Source: Octopus sinensis | Taxonomy: Eukaryota | DNA: 64,000 nt | Assembly: GCF_006345805.1 (NCBI RefSeq) | Contig: NC_043009.1 | Span: 58,714,001-58,778,000 of the forward strand | Reading direction: 5' to 3' | Translations under genes and position numbers: made by a program | Part shown: positions 24,420-34,656 of the stretch, piece by piece | How the letters are laid out: each line of letters starts with the position of its first letter | Position numbering within the stretch: the first letter of the stretch is position 1 | The notes under the pieces: generated by a model | What the model saw: the letters and a program-made list of their open reading frames with translations, nothing else | Told to the model about the DNA's origin: nothing | Databases searched by the model: none

Positions 24420-25140
24420 GCCCTGACTACAGGGAATCTTTAAAGAATCGTGAAATATCAAATTGAAGCATGTCACAATAGTTTACTTCACAAAATGACA
24501 CCAAACAGACAGTTAAGTCAGCCATTATCATATCATGGAATATCTTGCTGAAAAAGAAACTCACAGTCGTTACGTAATCTACAAATACAATGCTATCTAA
24601 AAATATCTAATGATAAAACGTACCTAGAGCAATAAAAGCAGACGAATGCGTGATGTGGCGTTGCAACAATTCGTTCGTGATTCTTCATTATTTTTACATA
24701 AGCACAGTACAGTCATTTTTTACCGCATACATTATGTACATAATATTGCGTAATATGTGATGTCAATCTCCAATCGTCAGACTTACCAAATAAATAAGGA
24801 GCAATGGTATGTTAATAAATGGAGATATTACCAACAAATGAAACTTCTAATCAAAGTTACTAATGCTTAACAAAATGTCATTTGGGTGAGGCTGCAATAC
24901 TTCAATCGACGAGAATGGATAGGGGAATGAAGTTGAAAATTAAATGACAGTTAGAAGCAATCATATGCCATTAAACTTCCCATCTTTGTTCATAAAGCGT
25001 AGTAGAGTGAGAACGTGCTTTTATTCCAGCAGATAATAGGCACAAAGCATGACATTTGCTTCCATCAAAAGATGTCCAAAGATGGCACTCGACATGGTTA
25101 TGTATGTATGCATATATGGATATCCGTATACATACATGAC

Positions 25141-25340
25141 GGAGGCGTGTCGCTTAGTGGATAGGATGTTGAACTCGAGATCGGGGCTTCGATTACTGGA
25201 CCAGGTGATGTGTTGTGTTCTTGAGCAAAACCCTTCATTTTATGTTGCTCCAGACCAATAGACTAGCAAAAATGTGTAACCCTACGCCATGGAAACCGGG
25301 AAACCTATGTGTCTTACGTGTCAATATAACCCGAGAAGGA
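25141..25340 (+). mobile_element. Degenerate SINE family A-related copy
   Basis: GGAGGCGTGTCGCTTAGTGGATAGG...TGTGTTCTTGAGCAAAAC. Confidence 0.6.
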
Positions 25341-25747
25341 ACATAACGTTACTCTTTACTGTACATGCATGCATACATACACAGAAACGTATATGAGTGT
25401 GCGTGTGTGATAGGTATAATACAATTCTGAAGACGAAGAATGAATTTATACAAACTTCCATGATTATTTAATAATAAAGATGTACTAAAATAGTTCTTCC
25501 CTTTCTTCTATTTATGTTATTCTTCGTAAATTTCACACATTGTCTTCAAAGCTTTGTACCTGAAGACTCGGCAGGGGACTATTTCATTAAAGCCGAAAAA
25601 ACTTCACAAGCACTTACTCAGACCTTTCATCAGGAGAGACTGAAATAAATAGAGAAATGTAAGCATATGCATGCATATCTAAATACGCCTACCTATCTAA
25701 AAATGTGTCATTGTAAGAGTGTGTACATCAGCGTATGTACACAAAAT

Positions 25748-26133
25748 GGAAGGAAGCACTCCGTCGGTTGCGACGACGAGGGTTCCGGTTGATCCGATCA
25801 ACGGAACAGCCTGCTCGTGAAATTAACGTGTAAGTGGCTGAGCACTCCGCAGACACGTGTACCCTTAACGTAGTTCTCGGGGATATTCAGCGTGACACAG
25901 AGAGTGACAAGGCCGGCCCTTTGAAATACAGGTACAACAGAAACAGGAAGTAAGAGTGAGAGAAAGTTGTGGTGAAAGAGTACAGCAGGGATCACCACCA
26001 TCCCTGCCGGAGCCTCGTGGAGCTTTAGGCGTTTTCGCTTAATAAACACTCACAACGCCCGGTCTGGGAATCGAAACCGCGATCCTATGACCGCCAGTCC
26101 GCTGCCCTAACCTCTGGGCCATTGCGCCTCCAC
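25748..26133 (-). mobile_element. SINE family C, full length, 13-bp TSD
   Basis: ATGTACACAAAAT at 25735-25747 and 26134-26146; matches 12596-12978. Confidence 0.9.
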
Positions 26134-26430
26134 ATGTACACAAAATAATGGAATGCTGGCCATGTGCATATCAACAGACGTTCTGTCTTGCATTATTCCT
26201 AATTTCTCTGTTGGAATTTATAACAATCGGTCAACACTGAAAGAAGAAAAGGCGATGCGGTCTTCAGACACATATAACATTAGGGCGTAAGATGCTGGGC
26301 CAAATAACTTGCTACACACTGAAATGTCATCTAAGGAATCTGCTATTTCACTGCCGGTAAAAGTCATACTTTCAGCAATCCATCCAACCCCCCAATCCAT
26401 CCATCCATCCATCAACCCATCCATCCGTCC

Positions 26431-26826
26431 GTCATTTCACTGTGGCCATGCAGAAGCACCACATTTAGCCGAGCAAATTTACACCCAGGACTTATTCTTT
26501 GGAAGGCTAGTACTTATTCTATCGCTCTCTTTTGCCGAACCGCTAAGTTACAGGGACGTAAACACAGCATCATCGGTTGTTATGCGATGGTGGTTGGGGG
26601 GACAGACACACAAACATGTACACACACATACATATATGTATATCTATGATATCTATGCATATATACGACGGGCTTATCTCAGTTTCTGTCTACCAAATCC
26701 ACTCACAAGGCTTTGAACGGCGCGAGGCTATAGTAGAAGACTTGCCGAAGGTGCCACGCAGTGGGACTGAACCCGGAGTCATGTGGTTGGTAAGCAAGCT
26801 ACATACCACACAGCCACACCTGCACC
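26431..26826 (-). mobile_element. SINE family D
   Basis: Reverse complement of the D head, body and tail. Confidence 0.8.
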
Positions 26827-26847
26827 TATAGCTACTTACCACACAAC

Positions 26848-26912
<65 letters not shown>

Positions 26913-27058
26913 CAAATATATGTGTAAAAAGGTTGAATGTACATTCGTTCTTTTAATTTGGAGGTTTCCAGAAAGTTTTCTAATCTTGATTCTTCATATT
27001 TTGCTGGTAGTTTACAGGCGTAATTTTGCGAATATAAAAATAAAACTATTATAAGAAG

Positions 27059-27242
27059 TGTGGTGAATTTATAGAAAGAAATCCCATGAAACCGATAAAT
27101 TTAGTTTAAAAATGGAGAAGGCATGTTGCTAAAATATATAAGAGAATTTTAAATTTCTCTTATATATTTTAACAACATGCCTTCCCCATTTTAAAACTAA
27201 ATTGATCGGTTTTATGGGATTTCTTTCCATAAAATCACCACA
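27059..27242. mobile_element. Palindromic MITE-like element, also at 27748-27931 and 28437-28620
   Basis: About 90-bp imperfect arms TGTGGTGA...TCACCACA around a central AGAGAATTT/AAATTTCTCT. Confidence 0.7.
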
Positions 27243-27244
27243 CA

Positions 27245-27292
<48 letters not shown>

Positions 27293-27306
27293 TATATATC
27301 TATCTA

Positions 27307-27340
<34 letters not shown>

Positions 27341-27345
<5 letters not shown>

Positions 27346-27502
27346 ATCAAAACGGGTTGATTGAAACTCCTTGGTAAAGTGAGTTTCAAGCGTGTTGCTA
27401 GTCTTCGGCCATAGGAATTTGAATTAGAGATCGATTGCATTTTAGCATCATGCTCGGGACTCAGAACACGAAGGTGGTTGAAGAAAACCGTTTTGATCCA
27501 TA
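27341..27502. mobile_element. MITE-like element with 15-bp TIRs, repeated in each 689-bp unit
   Basis: TATGGATCAAAACGG ... CCGTTTTGATCCATA. Confidence 0.6.
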
Positions 27503-27933
27503 CATGTAGCTCGCAATAAATCTCTATATATATACATATATATATATATGTATATATATATATATGTGTGTGTGTGGTGTGTGTGTGTGTGTGTGTGTAT
27601 ACAAATATATGTGTAAAAAGGTTGAATGTACATTCGTTCTTTTAATTTGGAGGTTTCCAGAAAGTTTTCTAATCTTGATTCTTCATATTTTGCTGGTAGT
27701 TTACAGGCGTAATTTTGCGAATATAAAAATAAAACTATTATAAGAAGTGTGGTGAATTTATAGAAAGAAATCCCATGAAACCGATAAATTTAGTTTAAAA
27801 ATGGAGAAGGCATGTTGCTAAAATATATAAGAGAATTTTAAATTTCTCTTATATATTTTAACAACATGCCTTCCCCATTTTAAAACTAAATTGATCGGTT
27901 TTATGGGATTTCTTTCCATAAAATCACCACACA

Positions 27934-27981
<48 letters not shown>

Positions 27982-27995
27982 TATATATCTATCTA

Positions 27996-28034
<39 letters not shown>

Positions 28035-28689
28035 ATCAAAACGGGTTGATTGAAACTCCTTGGTAAAGTGAGTTTCAAGCGTGTTGCTAGTCTTCGGCCA
28101 TAGGAATTTGAATTAGAGATCGATTGCATTTTAGCATCATGCTCGGGACTCAGAACACGAAGGTGGTTGAAGAAAACCGTTTTGATCCATACATGTAGCT
28201 CGCAATAAATCTCTATATATATACATATATATATATATGTATATATATATATATGTGTGTGTGTGGTGTGTGTGTGTGTGTGTGTGTATACAAATATATG
28301 TGTAAAAAGGTTGAATGTACATTCGTTCTTTTAATTTGGAGGTTTCCAGAAAGTTTTCTAATCTTGATTCTTCATATTTTGCTGGTAGTTTACAGGCGTA
28401 ATTTTGCGAATATAAAAATAAAACTATTATAAGAAGTGTGGTGAATTTATAGAAAGAAATCCCATGAAACCGATAAATTTAGTTTAAAAATGGAGAAGGC
28501 ATGTTGCTAAAATATATAAGAGAATTTTAAATTTCTCTTATATATTTTAACAACATGCCTTCCCCATTTTAAAACTAAATTGATCGGTTTTATGGGATTT
28601 CTTTCCATAAAATCACCACACAGCATATATATATATATATTATATATATATATTATATATATATATATACATATATATATCTATCTATC

Positions 28690-28723
<34 letters not shown>

Positions 28724-28929
28724 GGATCAAAACGGGTTGATTGAAACTCCTTGGTAAAGTGAGTTTCAAGCGTGTGCTAGTCTTCGGCCATAGGAATTTG
28801 AATTAGAGATCGATTGCATTTTAGCATCATGCTCGGGACTCAGAACACGAAGGTGGTTGAAGAAAACCGTTTTGATCCATACATGTAGCTCGCAATAAAT
28901 CTCTATATATATACATATATATATATATG

Positions 28930-28976
<47 letters not shown>

Positions 28977-28979
<3 letters not shown>

Positions 28980-29087
28980 CTTTTACTTGTTTCAGTCATT
29001 TGACTGTGGCCATGCTGGAGAACCGCCTTTAGTCGAGAAACCATGTCTTGGTAAGCAAGCTACTTACCAGACAGCCACTCCTGCGCC
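28977..29087 (-). mobile_element. Internally deleted SINE family D (head fused to tail)
   Basis: Tail CTTTTACTTGTTTCAGTC is followed almost directly by head GCTACTTACCAGACAGCCACTCCTGC. Confidence 0.7.
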
Positions 29088-29199
29088 TATATATATATAC
29101 ACAGATTCAGATGAATATGGTGCTTAAGTTGAGGCACCAGAATTTAGTACGGCATTATCCCCTACAATTTCAAAGTAAGGTGATTAAAATCAAAATAAG

Positions 29200-29483
29200 C
29201 AACAACGATATCCAGAAGTAATGCAGTGGGATCGTTTCATGCAGGTCGATTTAATTGAACAATACAATCATTACATCAATTTAAAATACAGAGCAATCTT
29301 CAGCTACAAAAAGACATAACATTTAATTACTAAAATGTCCATCTGTTATAACTTAATTAAACTCTATGTCTTTGTGCAGCTGCAGATTGCTCTGCATGTT
29401 AAATTGATGTAATTATTGCATTGTCCAATTAAATGGAGTTGCATGAAACGATCGTACTGCATTACCTCTGGATATCGTTGTTG
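29200..29483. mobile_element. MITE with about 119-bp inverted arms
   Basis: 29200-29318 pairs with 29365-29483; a second partial copy of the arm lies at 41460-41540. Confidence 0.8.
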
Positions 29484-29554
29484 TTTGCAGGAGTGGCTGT
29501 GTGGTAAGTAGCTTCTTAGCAGACAGACGTGTTGTTTTTTGCTCCGGCAAACGT

Positions 29555-29948
29555 CACGTGTTAACGGGAATTTTTGAACTTTCGACTCAACTAAAGGTAG
29601 GAATTTTGTATTTTTGCGGGCGAAGTGAAGTTTTATTGCTTGCATGAATGTTTTTTAGCATTAAATATTTTTTAGCAAGTAATAAGGCTCCACTTTGCTC
29701 CAGATATAATTTTTCTGCCTGTGTCGAGTGAAAAGAAAATTGTATTGATGTCGCGTTGTTTCAACGTGAAATATTGAACTTTCGTCTCGACTACGGGTAG
29801 GCGTTTTGTATTTTTGTGAGTTTAGTGAAGTTTTATTACTTGCATGAATGTTTTTTTAGCATTTAATATTTTTTTAGCAATAATGAGGCTCCACTTTGCT
29901 CCGGATATAATTTTTCTGCCTGTGTCGAGTAAAAAGAAATTGTATTTT
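29555..29948 (+). repeat. Two tandem 200-bp monomers in the 5' region of the ORF1-only element
   Basis: GAACTTTCG at 29576 and 29776; shared GGCTCCACTTTGCTCC..GATATAATTTTTCTGCCTGTGTCGAGT. Confidence 0.9.
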
Positions 29949-30263
29949 TGAAGCGGCATAGTCCGTCTGAAAAAATTATTGTTGAAATTGTCGTTGTGTT
30001 GTCCACGGATTACCAAGGATTATTTACCAAGGGTTTTACCAAGTGCATTTGGCCTGGATTACAATTTTTGGCCGAAGAAGTGGAAAAAAAAAAAATTAAT
30101 TCCTTTGTCTGAATTGAACTCTCTTTCTCTGTCTATTATTTATTTGTAAAAACTTTTTTGAACTGCCATTTTTAATTTTATTTCTTCCCTTCTGTTGCAT
30201 TTTTTCATTCTCCTTTCTGTGGCTAATTTTAGTTTATCATTTTGAACTGTTGTATTTTATGTT

Positions 30264-31478
30264 ATGGCAAAGGCAAAGAATTTCACTGTGTGGGAATTAA
30301 CACCTCCCAAAAAATATTTGCACGAACTCGAGGAAAAGACCGTGGTGTTGAGGACATATTCAAAGTCACTCGACAGCATAATGGTTTTTCCGAGAGACAC
30401 CATTGTGAACGAGCTGGCAGACTATATGCCAGCCGTTAAACATATTCAACGGGGAGTCAAATACGCAACGGTATGGTTGCTATTTGACTCCGCTAAAGCA
30501 GCTTGCAAATTTGCAAGCCAGTCCATTGAGGGCGATGAGATTCTGTTTCTCCCCAGTTACAAGGGGGAAAAATTGTTACGTTTATGGGTCTGTGGCCTGC
30601 CGCCCGGCTTTGAGCCCGAGTGGCTAGAATACTCTATCCGCCGGGGTCTGGGTGACAGGAACGCAAAGATCCTCAACGTCAAAATGCAGCCTGCGGATAA
30701 CTGGGAAGGGTCAAAGGCCACTTTGACTCTGTGGACCCAGTCGGCCAAGAGTCTGGTTTTGCCAGACTTCTTGAAGATGGCCGGATCCAAGTATCCGGTG
30801 ATGCTTGAGGGACGCGCCCCCACGTGTCACCTTTGTTCGGAGACCGGCCACATCAAGAAGAGATGCCCCAGGGACCAGAGTAGGATCCTGGAGCGGCTGA
30901 TATCAGAGCCTCTCCCTGCCCCACCAGTGGAGGGAGAGAAACAAAGTGAGGAGGGCGAAAAATCCTCCTCCAAAAAAAAGAGAAAGGTGGGGAGCAATGG
31001 CGACCCACCAAAGGACCCGAAAGCTCCGGGAGAGGAGAACCCGGTGCGCACAGCTCCGGAACCTCAGCCTCCCGTGGCCCAGGGCCAGAAGAAAAGAAAA
31101 AAAAAGAGAAACGGAGCCCCGCCGGCGGATTGCTACACGCAGACGGCGGTTCCCGAGTATCTCCGGTCCTCTCAGGCGGGTGTGCCGCCTGAGGGACTAT
31201 TTGTAGAAGATTTTGTGCTCCTCTTTTTCAAGGGAAAAAAGGTGGAAGACGCCGTCAGAAAAGTGAGAAAGAGAGGCCATTGGGAGGTAATCCGGTCTTG
31301 TGTGGAAAACCCCGAGTGGCCTTCGCAGTTAGCTGCGGGGGTCGTGGGAAGGGTTGATCTACACGGGATCGTGAGTTCCTACCTGGCGGACTCTTTCCAG
31401 ACCATACCACTGGACTCCGGCCTGACCAGCGAGTATTGCCTCAATGAGGCAAGAGCAATGGTCGGCCGGGTCACTTAG
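30264..31478 (+). CDS. 404-aa gag/ORF1-like nucleic-acid-binding protein with a CCHC zinc knuckle
   Basis: Uninterrupted, GC-rich, non-repetitive ORF; CHLCSETGHIKKRC (CX2CX4HX4C) at 30825-30866; K/P/E-rich linker with KKKRK and KKRKKKR basic clusters. Confidence 0.85.
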   Translation: MAKAKNFTVWELTPPKKYLHELEEKTVVLRTYSKSLDSIMVFPRDTIVNELADYMPAVKHIQRGVKYATVWLLFDSAKAACKFASQSIEGDEILFLPSYKGEKLLRLWVCGLPPGFEPEWLEYSIRRGLGDRNAKILNVKMQPADNWEGSKATLTLWTQSAKSLVLPDFLKMAGSKYPVMLEGRAPTCHLCSETGHIKKRCPRDQSRILERLISEPLPAPPVEGEKQSEEGEKSSSKKKRKVGSNGDPPKDPKAPGEENPVRTAPEPQPPVAQGQKKRKKKRNGAPPADCYTQTAVPEYLRSSQAGVPPEGLFVEDFVLLFFKGKKVEDAVRKVRKRGHWEVIRSCVENPEWPSQLAAGVVGRVDLHGIVSSYLADSFQTIPLDSGLTSEYCLNEARAMVGRVT

Positions 31479-31912
31479 GCGATGTAACATCCTTGTAACA
31501 TATGGAAGAGGAGGTTCATTGCCTCCTCTAAAATATGTAATGTGAACATTTTGTAATTTTTCGAAATTTTTTGAATTTTTTGAAATTTTTGAACTCTGTA
31601 AAATTATTGAAAAAAGAACATTGTTTTAGAGAAGTAAAAGTCGACGGGCGCTTTCTGACTTCTCCCATCACCATCTTCATCCACCGCCACCATCATCCAT
31701 TAATGTCTGTGTCCAGCCCGGAGCTACTGCTACCTCTGTGTGATGCCCTAGTGGCAAATTATTGAAATAAAGTAGCTTGCTAACCAACCGCATGATTCTG
31801 GGTTCAGTCCCACTGCGTGGCATATTGGGCAAGTGTCTTCTGCTATAGCCCCGGGCCGACCAATACCTTGTGAGTGGATTTGGCAGACGGAAACTGAAAG
31901 AAGCCTGTTGTA

Positions 31913-31972
<60 letters not shown>

Positions 31973-32187
31973 TGTATGTTGTATGTCTGTGTTTGTCCCC
32001 CCAACATCGCTTGACAACCGATGCTGGTGTGTTTATGTCCCCGTCACTTCGGCAAAAGAGACCGATAGAATAAGTACTGGGCTTACAAAAAGAATAAGTC
32101 ACGGGGCTGAGTTGCTCGACTAAAGGCGGTGCTCCACCATGGCCGCAGTCAATGACTGAAACAAGTAAAAGAGTAAAAGAGTAAAAG

Positions 32188-32219
<32 letters not shown>

Positions 32220-32540
32220 TTGTATATGTATGTATATATATATATATATATATGTATGTTTGTATATATATATATATATATATATATAGGTAATGTACAC
32301 ATTCCATTATTCTGTTATTTGTTTCAGTCAAATGACAGTGGCTTTAGTCGAACAAATTAACCCCCCAAGACTTACTCGTTGTAAGCCCAGTACTTGCTCA
32401 ACCGAAAGCCTAGCTTATGGGGCGTAAACTCTCCAACATCGGTTGTCAAGCGATGGTGGGGGTCAAACAGGGACAAACAAATCCATACATGTATACATAC
32501 ATACGTACGTAAGTTTGTATGTATATATATATATACTCTC

Positions 32541-32959
32541 TCTTTTTACTCTTTTTACTCTTTTTACTTGTTTCAGTCATTTGACTGCGGCCATGCTGGA
32601 GCACCGCCTTTAGTCGAGCAACTCGACCCCGGGACTTATTCTTTGTAAGCCCAGTACTTATTCTATCGGTCTCTTTTGCCAAACCGCTAAGTGACGGGGA
32701 CGTAAACACACCAGCATCGGTTGTCAAGCAATGCTAGGGGAACAAACACAGACACACAAACATATTCACACACACATATATATATATACATATATACGAC
32801 AGGCTTCTTTCAGTTTCCGTCTACCAAATCCACTCACAAGGCATTGGTCGGCCCGGGGCTATAGCAGAAGACACTTGCCCAAGATGCCACGCAGTGGGAC
32901 TGAACCCGGAACCATGTGGTTGGTTGGCAAGCTACTTACCAAACAGCCACTCCTGCGCC
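32541..32959 (-). mobile_element. SINE family D, full length; partial D copies adjacent at 32330-32470 and 32985-33140
   Basis: Reverse complement of the D consensus with internal (TA)n. Confidence 0.85.
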
Positions 32960-33354
32960 TATATATATATATATATTTATGTATATACGATGGGCTTCTT
33001 TCAGTTTCCGTCTACTAAATCCACTCACAAGGCTTTGGTCGGCCAGAGGCTATAGTAGAAAGTAATTGCCCAAGATGTCACGCAGGAGGACTGAACCTAG
33101 AACTATGTGGTTTGGAATAAAGCTTCTTACCACACTGTCACGGATCTTTTATATTATTAACTTTTATTTGTTCCAGTCAGACTGTGGCCATGCTGCCGCA
33201 CCGTCTCGATAAATTTTTGGGAACGAATGAGCCCCAGTTCGTACGTTTTGAGCCTTGTACTTTTTCTATCATTTTCGATTGCCATGCGAACACGGAACCG
33301 TGTGGTCGCAAGGCAAACGTTTTACCACGCAACCACGTCTGCGCTTATGATTAA

Positions 33355-33385
<31 letters not shown>

Positions 33386-33387
33386 TT

Positions 33388-33421
<34 letters not shown>

Positions 33422-33917
33422 CATGCATATATATATAAACCAACTGTTAACCTAATTCACACGTAAAAGTAGACAAACATGGTTTAAAAAGGGACATTGG
33501 AATATTGATGTGTATGCGTATGCGTGTATGTATGCGCCCATGTGTTCGTGTGTGTGTGTGTGTGAGTGTGTGTGCGCGTAACTTTCTCTTGGGAGCCGTG
33601 GATTTTCGGTAAACATCGCACATTCTTCATAGACGGTGAAGGGAGTGGGATTGTACAGCAATTTTTATGTCTAAGACTGTTCTGTTATGTGGACACAGTA
33701 TTTCAACACGAATGAATTTATATCTGGAGTTATATTTAGATAAAATTGCTCACACCCACACACACACGCACACTGTCACTCACTCACAGACACATTTATA
33801 GAATATTATGTAATTTTCTTCTAGCTTTGGCTGTAGTGTTAGTATTCTGTTCTCACCACCTGTAAATGCTATGTTGTTTTTCTTAAAACTCCACCAAAAC
33901 ATCAACCAAAAATTAAT

Positions 33918-34125
33918 ATATACATACGTGCATCGGTACGTGTCTGTTTATTAATGTCCATGTCAGCTTATGTATATGTACACGTGAGCCACTGTGCGTA
34001 TATATGCGGATGTGTATACATACGTGCATCGGTACGTGTCTGTTTATTAATGTACATGTCAGCTTATGTATATGTACATGTGAGCCACTGTGCGCATGTG
34101 CGTATATATGCGGATGTGTATTTAT
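33918..34125. repeat. Two tandem copies of about 100 bp
   Basis: ATACATACGTGCATCGGTACGTGTCTG occurs twice. Confidence 0.85.
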
Positions 34126-34656
34126 ATATGCGTACACGCACAAGCTTACGCATATGAATATCTGAATATATAAATATGGATGAATAAAGAGAAAATGGCA
34201 GAGTAAATGATAAATATAGAGAAATTTAGACAAAAAGAGACAACATCTGCTCCACGTGTGTTTTTTGATATATTTTTTTTGTGTGTATGTGTGTGTGTGC
34301 ATGTTTGTGTGTGTGTGCGTGTGTGTGCTTGAATGTGTGTGTATATGCGGGTTTGTGTGAATCTGTGTATGTTTAGGTGTAGATTTATACGTGTTTATGT
34401 ATCTATGCATGTCTGTATACGTAGTTGAATGATTACATATGTGTTCGCTTATACACACCCCCACACGCATATATATATATATATGTTTGCGTACATTTGT
34501 GTATGTATGTGGCATGCCCGCGTGCGTGTGTGTATGTCACAGTGTGTGCGTGTGCGTGTTTATATTATAAAGTCGTTCATAGAATTTCCAAGCCGCATGG
34601 ATATAATGTTTGACTTGACGTGAAGTATACTACAAAGAGTTTAATTTTTACTATAA

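Larger units (their letters stand above)
26851..28976. repeat. Tandem triplication of a 689-bp unit
   Basis: TACAAATATATGTG at 26911, 27600 and 28289; units near-identical. Confidence 0.95.
29515..31769 (+). mobile_element. ORF1-only non-LTR retroposon (HAL1-like), 2255 bp, 9-bp TSD AAGTAGCTT
   Basis: TSD at 29506-29514 and 31770-31778; no TIRs or LTRs found; one long ORF; no RT or endonuclease; AATAAA at the 3' junction. Confidence 0.75.
29487..32188 (+). mobile_element. SINE family D split by an insertion (head 29487-29514, remainder 31770-32188)
   Basis: GCAGGAGTGGCTGTGTGGT-AAGTAGCTT joins seamlessly to AAGTAGCTT-GCTAACCAACC, the normal D head. Confidence 0.9.

Noticed and set aside
25540-25640. 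CTGAAGA...GGC...GCC-GAAA hammerhead-like string
   Set aside because: Three extra nucleotides before stem II, and no helix III, NUH site or stem I could be drawn
31715-31740. CTACTGCTACCTCT resembling antisense let-7 or an snRNA target
   Set aside because: Match too short, no precursor hairpin, and no alignment to U1/U2/U4/U5 sequences as I recall them
29515-31769. LTR retrotransposon or DNA transposon reading of the gag-like insert
   Set aside because: No direct terminal repeats, TG...CA ends, PBS/PPT or terminal inverted repeats were found
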